A stretch of 56,417 nucleotides of DNA from positions 1 to 56,417 of the IMG/VR virus record IMGVR_UViG_3300028586_000760, one strand, 5' to 3'. Below the pieces are notes generated by a model, which worked only from the letters and a program-made list of their open reading frames with translations, was not told the origin of the DNA and did no database searches. The stretch comes from a virus (lineage: Duplodnaviria > Caudoviricetes). Below, one piece after another: positions 35,023 to 44,800 of this stretch (the first letter of the stretch is position 1; each line of letters opens with the position of its first letter). Made by a program: the position numbers and the translations under genes.

Positions 35023-37265
35023 AGATTTTCGACCGGGTAAAAACCACCACGACCACGGCCGGTACCGGTCCGATCACATGCAGCGCGGCCGCGGCTTCGG
35101 TCGAATTCCGTACGTTGCCGAGCGCCGGCGCCGCTGTCGGCGACGTGTTCCCGTACTCGATCGGCGTCGCCGGCTCTGCGGAGTGGGAAAGCGGCTTGGG
35201 TACGATCACGGCCATCAGCAGCGGCGCCGCCACGTTCTCGCGCACGCCAACGACCAGTTCGAACGGCAATGCGCTAGTCAACTTCAGCGCCGGCACCAAG
35301 GATGTCGTGTGCACGCCGCTCGGCGCAACGCTGACGCGGATAGAGAACGGTACATCACTTCGCTTGGTCTTCACGTCGTCCGCCTGCGTAAGCGATGCCG
35401 ATGTGTCTCTAGGCTCGACAAATCTTGGCACCGACCAGGGCGCAAAGCTGCAGGCCATCCTCGACCTGGCGCAGGGCGGCTCGCTGCACGTGATCTGGGA
35501 TGGGGCCTACGGTGTCTCGCCGCAGTTCTCCGATATCGCGCTCAAGGTGCGAAGCAACACCATGATCACGGTGCTGCCGAATTGCGGCGCGATCCTGCGC
35601 GGCAGTGCCGAGGTCGCGCTGCTCGGCAACTACGATCGCACGGACGGACGCGCTGGCGTCGGCACGAACGGCGCCGGCAACAAAAACATCGCGATCATCG
35701 GCGGCATGTGGAACGGAAATAACGTGTCGTTCCGCGTGTTCCAGTTCTTCGGCGTCGACCAGCTCCTGCTGCGCGACAACAAGCTGTACAACTCGCATCA
35801 CTTCCACTTTCATTGCGGGAATGTTGCCAATGTGGTGATCGACAACCCTTACGTGGATAAGGGCAGTGGTGGCGGCATCTTCGGTGACGGCCTGCACGTG
35901 TGCGGCCCGGCTAACAACATCGAGATCAACAACGCCATAATCCTCCGTTGTGGCGACGACAACGTGGCGTTCAACGCGGATGATGCCTGGGTCGGCAACA
36001 CCGAGACCTACCAGCCGCGCGGGCCGATCAACAACGTCAGGCTGAATGGTCTGTACATGGAATCGCAGCTGTATGGCGTGCGGATTCTGTCGGGCGGCAG
36101 TCCGGTCAATAACGTGTTCATCGAGAAGGTGCGCGGCACTGGTGCCGGCTACTGGCTCGTGATCGACAATTTCATCCCCGCGCAGACCGCAACGACCGGC
36201 CCTGGAAATATCGGCCTGGTCGTGATCCGCGACGTGGACGTGACGGTTGCTGCTGGGGGCGATCCGGATCTGAAGGCATGCGCAGCCATCGATTGCAAAA
36301 TCGATCGTCTCGTGCTCGACAAAATCCAGCGCGCCAGCACGGCTGGCAACGACTATGCGTCTGTGCGGTTCGGTCCGAAAGCCGATATCCGGCAACTGCT
36401 CATCGACGGGTACATGGGCAGCGTGGCGCTTGGTGGCCAGATTCTGTTCTACGCAGGCTCGAAGGTTCAGACCGCAAAGATCGTCAACTGCATGTTTGAC
36501 TCGGCCAGCAACTTTGCCGGCTACCCGATCTTGGTTCAGTCCGGTGCAACCATCGGCCAGTTGATGGGCATTGGTAACACCGGCATGAATTTCACGGATT
36601 TCATCCAGAACAACGGCTCGATCAGCAGCCTGCGCTTCCCGTCCACATCAAACTTCATGGATGCCGGTGCCGCCTCTACGTGGAGCTTCAGTGGCGGGTT
36701 TGCTGAGCAGTCGGCATCTGCGGTCACCTATTCCGGCTCGCTTGCTGCGGTGAATACGGCGATTAAAACCACTCCCGATGCATTCAGCGCGAACATTCAG
36801 CTGTCGGCCCGCGTTCGTTTTACCGGCACTGCGGTTGACGCTTTGAATGCCGCATTAATTGTGCGCGGCGTTACACCGCAGCCTTGGGGAAATTCGGCAA
36901 ATGGATATTACCTTGACATCTGCGCGAAAGGCACGCCGGGTTTTACGCTTAAGTTGAAAAACGGAACCACCGACGCGACCCTTGCGGCCACGAAAGGATC
37001 CGTGGCCATGAATACCGACTACGATGTGACGCTCGTCGCAAAGAATTCGTTAATTTCCGCCAGGGTGCAGAGGGTCAGTGACGGGTTCTGGTTGCAGGGC
37101 GATGGAAGCTGGGCAGCAACTGCCGCAACCTCACACAGCGCGACCAACACCGTCCTTGGCCCAGGCTCTGGTTTGTCCTATGGTCTTTATGGCTATGCCT
37201 ACAATTTCCAAGGGGCGGCGTCCGGGTTCACTATCACTAATTTCACTGCCATCGCGGCGCCATAA
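35019..37265 (+). CDS. Fibre/spike with pectin-lyase-like beta-helix, probable depolymerase
   Basis: Anchor DRVKTTTTTAGTG; GTDQGAKLQAILD; GDGLH and GDDNVA GH28-like motifs; lectin-like C-terminus. Confidence 0.8.
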   Translation: MKIFDRVKTTTTTAGTGPITCSAAAASVEFRTLPSAGAAVGDVFPYSIGVAGSAEWESGLGTITAISSGAATFSRTPTTSSNGNALVNFSAGTKDVVCTPLGATLTRIENGTSLRLVFTSSACVSDADVSLGSTNLGTDQGAKLQAILDLAQGGSLHVIWDGAYGVSPQFSDIALKVRSNTMITVLPNCGAILRGSAEVALLGNYDRTDGRAGVGTNGAGNKNIAIIGGMWNGNNVSFRVFQFFGVDQLLLRDNKLYNSHHFHFHCGNVANVVIDNPYVDKGSGGGIFGDGLHVCGPANNIEINNAIILRCGDDNVAFNADDAWVGNTETYQPRGPINNVRLNGLYMESQLYGVRILSGGSPVNNVFIEKVRGTGAGYWLVIDNFIPAQTATTGPGNIGLVVIRDVDVTVAAGGDPDLKACAAIDCKIDRLVLDKIQRASTAGNDYASVRFGPKADIRQLLIDGYMGSVALGGQILFYAGSKVQTAKIVNCMFDSASNFAGYPILVQSGATIGQLMGIGNTGMNFTDFIQNNGSISSLRFPSTSNFMDAGAASTWSFSGGFAEQSASAVTYSGSLAAVNTAIKTTPDAFSANIQLSARVRFTGTAVDALNAALIVRGVTPQPWGNSANGYYLDICAKGTPGFTLKLKNGTTDATLAATKGSVAMNTDYDVTLVAKNSLISARVQRVSDGFWLQGDGSWAATAATSHSATNTVLGPGSGLSYGLYGYAYNFQGAASGFTITNFTAIAAP

Positions 37266-37268
37266 GCC

Positions 37269-37778
37269 ATGCTGGGATTCTCTCCAGTAGGCATTAAGCC
37301 GGTCGGAGCCATCCCTACTGCAGCGAGCAGCGGGGGCGGCCCGGTCTCGATTAATTTCACAGGCAGCTATGCGGTGCGGTCGGCGGTGTCGCGCGACCTG
37401 GTTGGCGCCTATGCCGTCCGCCAGGCGGTTGCCGCAAGCGTGAGCGCCGGCTATGCGGTGCGCACGCATGTATCGGCCGACCTGGCCGGCGCCTATGCGG
37501 TCGAAAGCACTGCGCCGGCGCCGGTACTGGCCTCTGTTTCGACTTCGCTGGCGTGCCAGTACGCAGTGCGCGCCGCGGTCTCGGCCAGCCTGGCGGGTGC
37601 CTACGGTGTGCGCGCCACGGTGTCGCGCAACCAGGTGTTTTCGTACCGAGCCTTGTCGGCCGGTGGCGCGCCGGATCCAGTTGACGCATCGAAGGTGCCG
37701 CCGGCCAGGGTCGTCGTCTTTGGCGGCGGCACGCGCGTCGTGACCTTCGAAGGCGGAATCAGAACAGTGAGGTTTTAA
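37269..37778 (+). CDS. 14-aa repeat structural protein
   Basis: About seven VSxxLxGxYAVRxx units. Confidence 0.75.
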   Translation: MLGFSPVGIKPVGAIPTAASSGGGPVSINFTGSYAVRSAVSRDLVGAYAVRQAVAASVSAGYAVRTHVSADLAGAYAVESTAPAPVLASVSTSLACQYAVRAAVSASLAGAYGVRATVSRNQVFSYRALSAGGAPDPVDASKVPPARVVVFGGGTRVVTFEGGIRTVRF

Positions 37779-38086
37779 TGGCAGCAGCCCCTTACCAAAA
37801 AGACGGCAAGTGGTACATCGACAAAGACCCCGAGGATAAGCGTTACTACGTGGCCGACGTGACCAACGACCTGGCGGACAGTGCCACGACCGCTGCCTCT
37901 GTCGAAGCGGTCGTCGCCGGCGTGACGGTTCTCGAGGGGCCGCAGATCCAGGGTAATCGGGTCGTAGTGAAGCTGGGCGGCCTGGATACGGCGCCAGGCG
38001 CGGTGAACTACTGCACCTTCCGCGTCACCTGCGCGAACAGCGAGCAGTTCGACCGCACGATTTATTTCAACCGGGTGGATAACTGA
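37778..38086 (+). CDS. Fibre adaptor-like protein
   Basis: IDKDPEDKRYY..D; LGG...FDRTI. Confidence 0.7.
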   Translation: MAAAPYQKDGKWYIDKDPEDKRYYVADVTNDLADSATTAASVEAVVAGVTVLEGPQIQGNRVVVKLGGLDTAPGAVNYCTFRVTCANSEQFDRTIYFNRVDN

Positions 38087-38244
38087 TGATCGACGCATCG
38101 AAGCTCCCGACCGTGCCGCGCGAGGTGACCCAGGCTGCAGAAGCTGCCGGCCAGCCGCCGGTCGAATACGCTCGCGCACCAGAAGCATCCGGCCCGCAAA
38201 GCACCGGCGGCCGGCCGCCTGCAACGCAAAGGAATACCCGATGA
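38086..38244 (+). CDS. 52-aa hypothetical protein
   Basis: TGATG and ATGA coupling; starts IDASKLP, echoing VDASKVP of 37269-37778. Confidence 0.5.
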   Translation: MIDASKLPTVPREVTQAAEAAGQPPVEYARAPEASGPQSTGGRPPATQRNTR

Positions 38245-38801
38245 CCGCACGACTGATCATTCCGCCGGCGGCGCTGGCGGTGTCGATGGAAGCCGCGCGC
38301 CTGGCCGCCCGGGTCGACCTCGAGGAAGATGGCACCTCGGCCCTTGACTCGCAGATCGAGCAGGCCGTGCGCACGATCACCGAGAAGGCCGAGCACGAGA
38401 CCGGGCGCGCGTTTATCTCGCAGACCTGGCGCATGACGCTGGACCACTTCCCGGGTGCGATCCGCCTGCCGAATGCACCGCTGGCCAGCATCGAGCACGT
38501 CAAGTTCTACGATGCCGCCGGTGCGCGGCAAACGCTGGCCCCACAGGACTACGAGGCCGACGCCGAAAACGAGCCGGGCTACGCGGTGCCGGCGCCTGGC
38601 CGGGCCTGGCCGACGACCGGGGGGCGCATCAATGCGGTCGAGGTGCAGTACATCTGCGGCTACGGCCCGGATCACACCAGCGTGCCGGATGCGATCAAGG
38701 GTTACATCCTGGCGCATGTGCAGCAGCAGTTCTCGCCGGTACCGAACGCCAAGCCGGAAAACTTCGAGCGCCTGCTCGATCGATACAGGGTGTATTTGTG
38801 A
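38241..38801 (+). CDS. Head-tail connector (gp6-like)
   Basis: AEHETGRAFISQTW, GYG..VPDAIK, LLDRYRV. Confidence 0.9.
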   Translation: MTARLIIPPAALAVSMEAARLAARVDLEEDGTSALDSQIEQAVRTITEKAEHETGRAFISQTWRMTLDHFPGAIRLPNAPLASIEHVKFYDAAGARQTLAPQDYEADAENEPGYAVPAPGRAWPTTGGRINAVEVQYICGYGPDHTSVPDAIKGYILAHVQQQFSPVPNAKPENFERLLDRYRVYL

Positions 38802-39106
38802 ACCTGAACCACCGAATCACGCTGCGCCGGCGCGGCGCCGACCGCAACGAGCTCAACGAGCCGATCGAGGCCGCCTGGAGCGACGCCGGCACCATCTGGG
38901 CCAACGTCCTATTCCAGCGCGGCGCCGAAGTGATGCGCGCCGACGGCGACAAATCCATCGTGCAGGTCTCGATCAGGATCCGCGCGCGGGCTGACATCGA
39001 CACCACGATGCGGGCGCGGTACCGGGGTGTCGAGTACGACATCAAGTCGGTTTTGCCTGACGAAGATCGCTCGTTCATGTTTTTGGTCGGGGAGAGTGTC
39101 AAATGA
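38798..39106 (+). CDS. Head closure protein (SPP1 gp16-like)
   Basis: LNHRITL, IWANV, YDIKSVLPD. Confidence 0.88.
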   Translation: MNLNHRITLRRRGADRNELNEPIEAAWSDAGTIWANVLFQRGAEVMRADGDKSIVQVSIRIRARADIDTTMRARYRGVEYDIKSVLPDEDRSFMFLVGESVK

Positions 39107-39612
39107 TCGGGATCGATGCATCTGACCTGGCGCGCGTTGTCGCTGCGACGCTCGAGCAAGTGACGCCGAGCGAGGATGATCTGCGCGCCGTGGGCTTTTC
39201 TGGTGCGGAGGTATTTCGCGAAGAGGCGAAAGCCAACGCTGCCAAGAATGCCAAGACCTGGACGATTCACAAGAGCATCATTGTGAAGCGGCTTACGGAA
39301 GTGGCTGACGGTGGACGCTACCAGGCCTATCTGGTCACCGTTCGCCAGGGCTCGTGGGGCGGCGGTGATGCGTTTTACTGGAAATTCGTCGAACACGGTC
39401 ACAAGTTTGTACCCAAAAACAAAAAGGTCAGCAAGAAGACCGGCCGGACGATCGGCTGGGCTGCGCACCGGCGCGCCGCGGCGCTCGAATACGGCACGGC
39501 CAGCGCGCCAGCGTACCCGTTCATGCGTCCGGCCTACGAGAGTAAGAAGGCCGCCTCGATGGACGCCATGACGAAGACGTTACAGCAGCAACTGGAAAGG
39601 AATGCGTCCTGA
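39103..39612 (+). CDS. HK97 gp10-like neck protein
   Basis: AFYWKFVEHG, PAYPFMRPAYE. Confidence 0.88.
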   Translation: MIGIDASDLARVVAATLEQVTPSEDDLRAVGFSGAEVFREEAKANAAKNAKTWTIHKSIIVKRLTEVADGGRYQAYLVTVRQGSWGGGDAFYWKFVEHGHKFVPKNKKVSKKTGRTIGWAAHRRAAALEYGTASAPAYPFMRPAYESKKAASMDAMTKTLQQQLERNAS

Positions 39613-39956
39613 TGACGATCGAAGCCGAAGTGCTGACCGCTTTGCGACACCTGGCCGGCGGGCAGATTTTCCCAGACGTCGCGCCTGAGGGCACGCTGCC
39701 GCCGTATATCACCTTCCAGGGCGTCGGCGGCGAGCCGGTCAACTTCCTTACCGGCGACAAGCCGAGCAAGACCAACACCCGCATGCAGGTCAACGTGTGG
39801 GCCGCGAACCGCCTTGAGGCGTCCGCGCTGGGTGCTCAGGTAGAGGATGCGCTGCGCGGCGCGACCCACCTGCAGCCGGAGGTGCTGACGGGTCGCGTCG
39901 CCACCAGCGAAGAAAAATACCGCGGAACCATGCAGGACTTCAGCCTCTGGCTGTAG
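39612..39956 (+). CDS. Tail terminator (DUF3168-like)
   Basis: FPDVAP...PYITFQ, RMQVNVWA. Confidence 0.85.
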   Translation: MTIEAEVLTALRHLAGGQIFPDVAPEGTLPPYITFQGVGGEPVNFLTGDKPSKTNTRMQVNVWAANRLEASALGAQVEDALRGATHLQPEVLTGRVATSEEKYRGTMQDFSLWL

Positions 39957-39981
39957 CCCGGCCTGCGCCACTTCATAACCA

Positions 39982-40003
39982 GCCGCCTTCGGGCGGTTTT
40001 TTT
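39982..40003 (+). terminator. Intrinsic terminator
   Basis: GCCGCC-TTCG-GGCGGT plus T-tract. Confidence 0.7.
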
Positions 40004-40041
40004 ATGCCCGGATCCCGGGCTCTTTACCCTGAAAGGCTTTC

Positions 40042-40674
40042 ATGCAACTGCCAAACAACATCGCGTTCGCCGTGGCGACCGCATACGCCGCCGCGGTCAG
40101 CATCACCGCGATCACCAATGCAACCGAGGCGGTGGCCACCGCCACCAACACCTTCGCGACCGGCGACCTGGTCGAATACACCGGCGGCTGGAGCAAGCTG
40201 AACGGCCGCGTGTTTCGCCTGAAGGCGGCCACCGGCACGTCGTTCACCCTCGAAGGCCAGGACACCAGCGACGTCACGCTGTACCCAGTCGGCGCCGGCA
40301 CCGGCTCGGTGCGCAAGATCACGACCTGGGTGCCGGTCGTTGGCGTGGTCACCGCCGACGTGTCGGGCGGCGATGCCAAGTTCCAGAGTGTGTCCGTGCT
40401 GGACAACGACGTCGAGGTCAGCCTGCCCGACGGCTTCTCGGCCACCACCGTCACCCTGACCATCGCCGATGACAAGTCGCTGCCGCACCACGCCGCCCTG
40501 AAGGCGATCTCGGACGGCACGAAGATCGCGGCCCTGCGCGGCATTCTGCCGGGCGGCGGCCTGCTGGTGTATTCGGGCTATGGGAGCTTCAACGAAAGTC
40601 CGAGCTTGGCCAAGGGCAGCGTGATGGCCGTGAAGGCCTCCTGGTCGCTGCAGAACAAGGTCGTCCGCTACTAA
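40042..40674 (+). CDS. Major tail tube protein
   Basis: MQLPNN..., ITAITNA.EAV, GWSKLNGRVF; position. Confidence 0.88.
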   Translation: MQLPNNIAFAVATAYAAAVSITAITNATEAVATATNTFATGDLVEYTGGWSKLNGRVFRLKAATGTSFTLEGQDTSDVTLYPVGAGTGSVRKITTWVPVVGVVTADVSGGDAKFQSVSVLDNDVEVSLPDGFSATTVTLTIADDKSLPHHAALKAISDGTKIAALRGILPGGGLLVYSGYGSFNESPSLAKGSVMAVKASWSLQNKVVRY

Positions 40675-40769
40675 GCGTTGCCAGCCGGCGCCGAACTGTC
40701 GGCGCTGGCCTTTCCTGCCGCGGGGTCGCTCCTCGCGGTCTTTTTCTTCCTCTTCGAAAGCACAAAATC

Positions 40770-41081
40770 ATGGCAAAAATCACCCTCAACCCGAACCCGA
40801 CCTTCAAAGCCAAGGCTCCGATCCACGTGCCGGGCGGCCGTAAGGCTGAGATCGAATTCAAGTTCAAGTATCGCGATGCCGACGAATTCAAAGAGCTGAT
40901 GGATGGGCTGGAAGGACGATCCGACGTCGAGATTTTGATGGACATCGCGGTTGACTGGGATCTGGACGAAGCCTTCGACGAGAAGAACGTCGAGAAGATG
41001 ACCAAAAAATACATCGGCTCGGGCCGGTCCGTGTTGGCCACCTACATCGACGAATTGACGGGCGCGCGCGTAAAAAACTGA
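40770..41081 (+). CDS. Tail assembly chaperone (gpG-like)
   Basis: NPNPTFKA.....PG; ends at slippery sequence. Confidence 0.88.
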   Translation: MAKITLNPNPTFKAKAPIHVPGGRKAEIEFKFKYRDADEFKELMDGLEGRSDVEILMDIAVDWDLDEAFDEKNVEKMTKKYIGSGRSVLATYIDELTGARVKN

Positions 41082-41410
41082 TCGACGTTGTCACGGCCAT
41101 GTACACGCCGGACCCGACCGCCGAGGAGCTTTCGGTCGCTGGCCTGACGCCGGAAGACGTGGCAACGTCTGTCGAAATCTGGCCCGAGAACGTGCGGGCC
41201 TACGAGCTGTTCCGCAGCATGCGCACGCAGTGGCGCATTGGCATGGCCGGTCCAACTGGCATGGATTTCGCGGTCGCCTACCGGCGAATGGACCGGATGA
41301 GGTTGATGCCGGCCGAGTATGACCGGCTTGATCAGGATTTGCAGGTGATGGAGCTCATCGCGCTACAGGTCATGCATGAGCAAGCAGAAAAGCGCGCGGA
41401 GCGCAATTAG
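41072..41410 (+). CDS. Chaperone -1 frameshift extension (gpGT-like, DUF1799-like)
   Basis: A AAA AAC at 41072-41078; -1 frame reads WPEN...TQWR.G..G..G.D. Confidence 0.85.
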   Translation, partial: KKLIDVVTAMYTPDPTAEELSVAGLTPEDVATSVEIWPENVRAYELFRSMRTQWRIGMAGPTGMDFAVAYRRMDRMRLMPAEYDRLDQDLQVMELIALQVMHEQAEKRAERN

Positions 41411-41460
41411 GCTTGCTATTTGCACTAGTGTAATATTTCTCTTCCTAGAGTGGAGGGGAT

Positions 41461-41748
41461 ATGGATTGGCCTTACTTATTTATCGCAGTCGCGCTTGGCC
41501 TTTCGGCGCTGTGGGGCGTTGCAACTTGGGCGGAAGCTTACTCATTCAAAAAACGCCTATATGGCCTCGGTCATCTGACGGGAAGAACAAAGGATGAAAT
41601 TATTCTGGCCGTAGGGGTTCCCAATAGTTTTTCCGCGGCCGATGGCGGTAAGGAGCTTTTGCAGTGGCAGCGGCCAGGCTATCACATTGCATTGCTTTTT
41701 TTGGGCGGCATTTGCGAGGGCGTGACACATGAGTACAACGCCTACTAG
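41461..41748 (+). CDS. Membrane-anchored moron, candidate superinfection exclusion
   Basis: Low GC, N-terminal TM, G.TKDEI...G.P motif, own terminator. Confidence 0.7.
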   Translation: MDWPYLFIAVALGLSALWGVATWAEAYSFKKRLYGLGHLTGRTKDEIILAVGVPNSFSAADGGKELLQWQRPGYHIALLFLGGICEGVTHEYNAY

Positions 41749-41790
41749 TTAATTTAGTCACCACTGAAAGCCGGCGTTACCGGTTCTTCA

Positions 41791-41814
41791 AGCCACCTTC
41801 GGGTGGCTTTTTTT
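41791..41814 (+). terminator. Intrinsic terminator after moron
   Basis: AGCCACC-TTCG-GGTGGCT plus T-tract. Confidence 0.75.
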
Positions 41815-41825
41815 ATGGGCGAACG

Positions 41826-44800
41826 ATGACCGAGATTGTTAATGAAGCTGTAATCAAAGTCGTCGCTGACGCTTCCGGCGTCGAGGCGGGGCTACGCCCG
41901 GTGGATAACGCGGTTGCGAAGACTGGCAAAAATCTCGAAAACCTCGGCGCTACCGCGCGAAAGACCGGCAAGATCATCGAGGATGTTGGTAGCGGTCCAG
42001 GCCTTGGTGGAGTGGGTGATAGTGCCGGCACTGCGGCCACGCAAGTCGACCGCGCGACGAAGAGCATGGCTGACTCAATCCGCCGCGCCACTCAGGCCAC
42101 TGCGGCACTGTCCGCTGGCGCCAAGGGGACGGCGGAAAATTTCGCCGCCTTGGCGAGCGCGCGGGGTCTCAACATGGACACGCTCAAGCCGTATCTTGCC
42201 CAGCTCGACGAGGTGACCCGCAAGACATCAATGGCGGCCGAGGCGAAGCGCCGCCTGGAAACGAGCGACAATTTCCTAAATGGGCTGCGCGCCCAAGCGG
42301 AAGGCATTGGAAAAACTGCATTGCAGCTTGCAGCACTTCGCGCCGAAGAGCTCGGCGTTGCAGATGCGGCCCGTCCGCTCATTGAGCAGTTGCAAGCCGC
42401 TGAAGAGGCGGCCGGAAATGCCGGCGGCTCAATTGATGGGTTTGCTGCAGCCATGGCCAGCATTGGCATTGGTGGCACCATCGCTACGATTGCGCAAATT
42501 TCCGATGAATACAGCAAATACACGTCCCAGTTAAAGCTGGCCACGATTGGGCAAAGCGAGTTCGCCAATGCCCAGACATCGGTCCGCCGCATCGCAACCT
42601 CGGCTCAGTCGGACCTTTCGGCAACGGGCTCGCTGTACGCCAGCATCACCAAGAGCACTCGCGACCTCGGGATCGCGCAAGCTCAGGTCTCGAATATCAC
42701 CGAAGTGGTCAGCCTTGCACTGAAAGTTTCCGGCGCATCCTCGGAAGAGGCGTCGTCGGCGATCCTTCAGCTTTCCCAGGCCTTCGCTGCCGGCGCGCTT
42801 AGGGGAGATGAGTTCAACTCCGTCAATGAGGCTGCGCCGCGGTTGATGCAGGCGCTCGCGGACGGGCTTGGTGTGCCCGCCGGCGCGCTGCGCAAGATGG
42901 CGGAAGACGGCGCGCTGACTACGTCCGTGCTCGCCGAGGCGCTGCCCCGCGCCCTGGGGGCGCTGCGAAATGAGGCGGCCTCGGTTCAAACCATCGGCGG
43001 CTCAGTGGCCGTCCTGAAGAACAACGTAATGGAGTTGGTGGGCGCCACCGCGCAATCGAACGGCGTTGTTGCGGTGCTCTCCGGCGGTATCAAGCTGCTG
43101 TCGGACAACCTGGTTCTGGCGGGCGGCGCAATGGCGACCGTCGTTGCCGTAAAGCTGGGATCGTCCCTCGCGACGATGGCAAAAGGCGCGCTGGACAACG
43201 TGGCTGCAGGCCGCGCTCTCGCCGCCACCAACCTTGCAACAGCCCAGTCGAACGTTGCGGCCACTGCAGCCGCCTCTGCCACGGCTGCCGCTCGAGTTAA
43301 TGAGCTTCGCGCAGCCGTTGCGGCGGCGGATGGCAATGTCGCACTGGCCATCACCACGAATGGACTGATTCCGGCGCAGGCGCGCGCGACAGCGGCAGCT
43401 GCGGCGCATACGGCGGCACTGTCGGCTCAGGCGACGGCGGCAGCGGCGGCATCTACATCAGCAACGCTGGCGCGCAGCGCACTTGCTCTTATAGGAGGAC
43501 CCGTTGGCGCGGTGATCGCAGTGCTTGGCATCGCCGCCACCGCCTGGGCGGTATGGGGAAATAAAGCCGAAGAGGCGAACGACAAGGCCGCCGCATCTAC
43601 CGAGGAAACAACTCGCGACATGATTACCAGGCTCGATCAGCAGATCGAGAAGTTGCGAGAGCGGAATGAATTAGCGAAATCCGAGCCTCGGATTGCTTCG
43701 TTTGATGGAATTACGGAGGCCGACAAGGATGGGCTCGCGCGCGCCAAGGCAGCCCTGGACGCAGTCAGAAAAGGGACGGGCGAGTGGGCGAATCAGTCGA
43801 TCACCATGCGGCAATTGGCTGAGATTGATCTGTTGCACGACTACGAGCTCGCCCTAAAGCGCGTGACGGAAAAACAGAAAGAGGTGGAAATCGCCACGGG
43901 TCGCACGCGTGCGCAGCAAATTGATGACTGGTATGCGCAGAACGGAACGGCGGCCCAGCGCCTCGCTGCGGAGCTCGAAAAGCTGAAGAAACAATTCGGC
44001 ACGATTCCGGCGGAAATGGAAAAGTTGGTTCGCGCTAAATATGTAGACAGCGCAGTAACTAAATCCATTTCCGATCAGGCGAAAGCTGCCAAGGAATATG
44101 CCGATCTGCTCGACCGCATCAATGGCAAAGATCTGGGATTAGATCCTGAATTCCAGGGCAATCTGTCCAAGCTGTTCGCTGGATATAAGGCAGGCAAGCA
44201 GTCGCTGCAAGAATACGTAGCCACGGTCGAAGCCTACATTGGTCAGCAGCCGTTCGCAAAAAAGGTCGAAGAAGATCGGCTCCAAGCGATTGAAGACCTG
44301 AGCAAGTTCCAGGAGCGCTATTCAAAAGGACTTGAGGCAACCAGCGATATTTACGATAAAGCAATCAAGGATGCAGAGGACGAAGCGGCGCGCAATGAGG
44401 AGGCGGCCCGCACATACGGCTTGAGCAAAACAAAAATCGAGGAGTTGACACTCGCGCGCCTCGAAGATCAGCTCGCTCAACGCGCATCCCTTGGGCTAAC
44501 GCTCGACGAGATCAGCATGCTCGAAAAGGTGATCGACGCGAAAAAACGCACCGTCGCGGCGCTCGGCAACATGGAAGAGATCGACGCCCAAAAGAAAGCA
44601 TGGGACTCGATCGAGCAAACCGCGCACGACACCTTCGTCAGCATTTTCGACAGCGGTAAATCAGCATTCGACCGTCTACGCGACACTCTGAAAAATGGAC
44701 TGCTCGACCTGCTGTATCAGATGACGATCAAGAAGTGGATCTTCAATATTGGCGCATCGGTAACTGGCGGCGCCACCGGGGTAGCGTCGGCGGCGACGTC

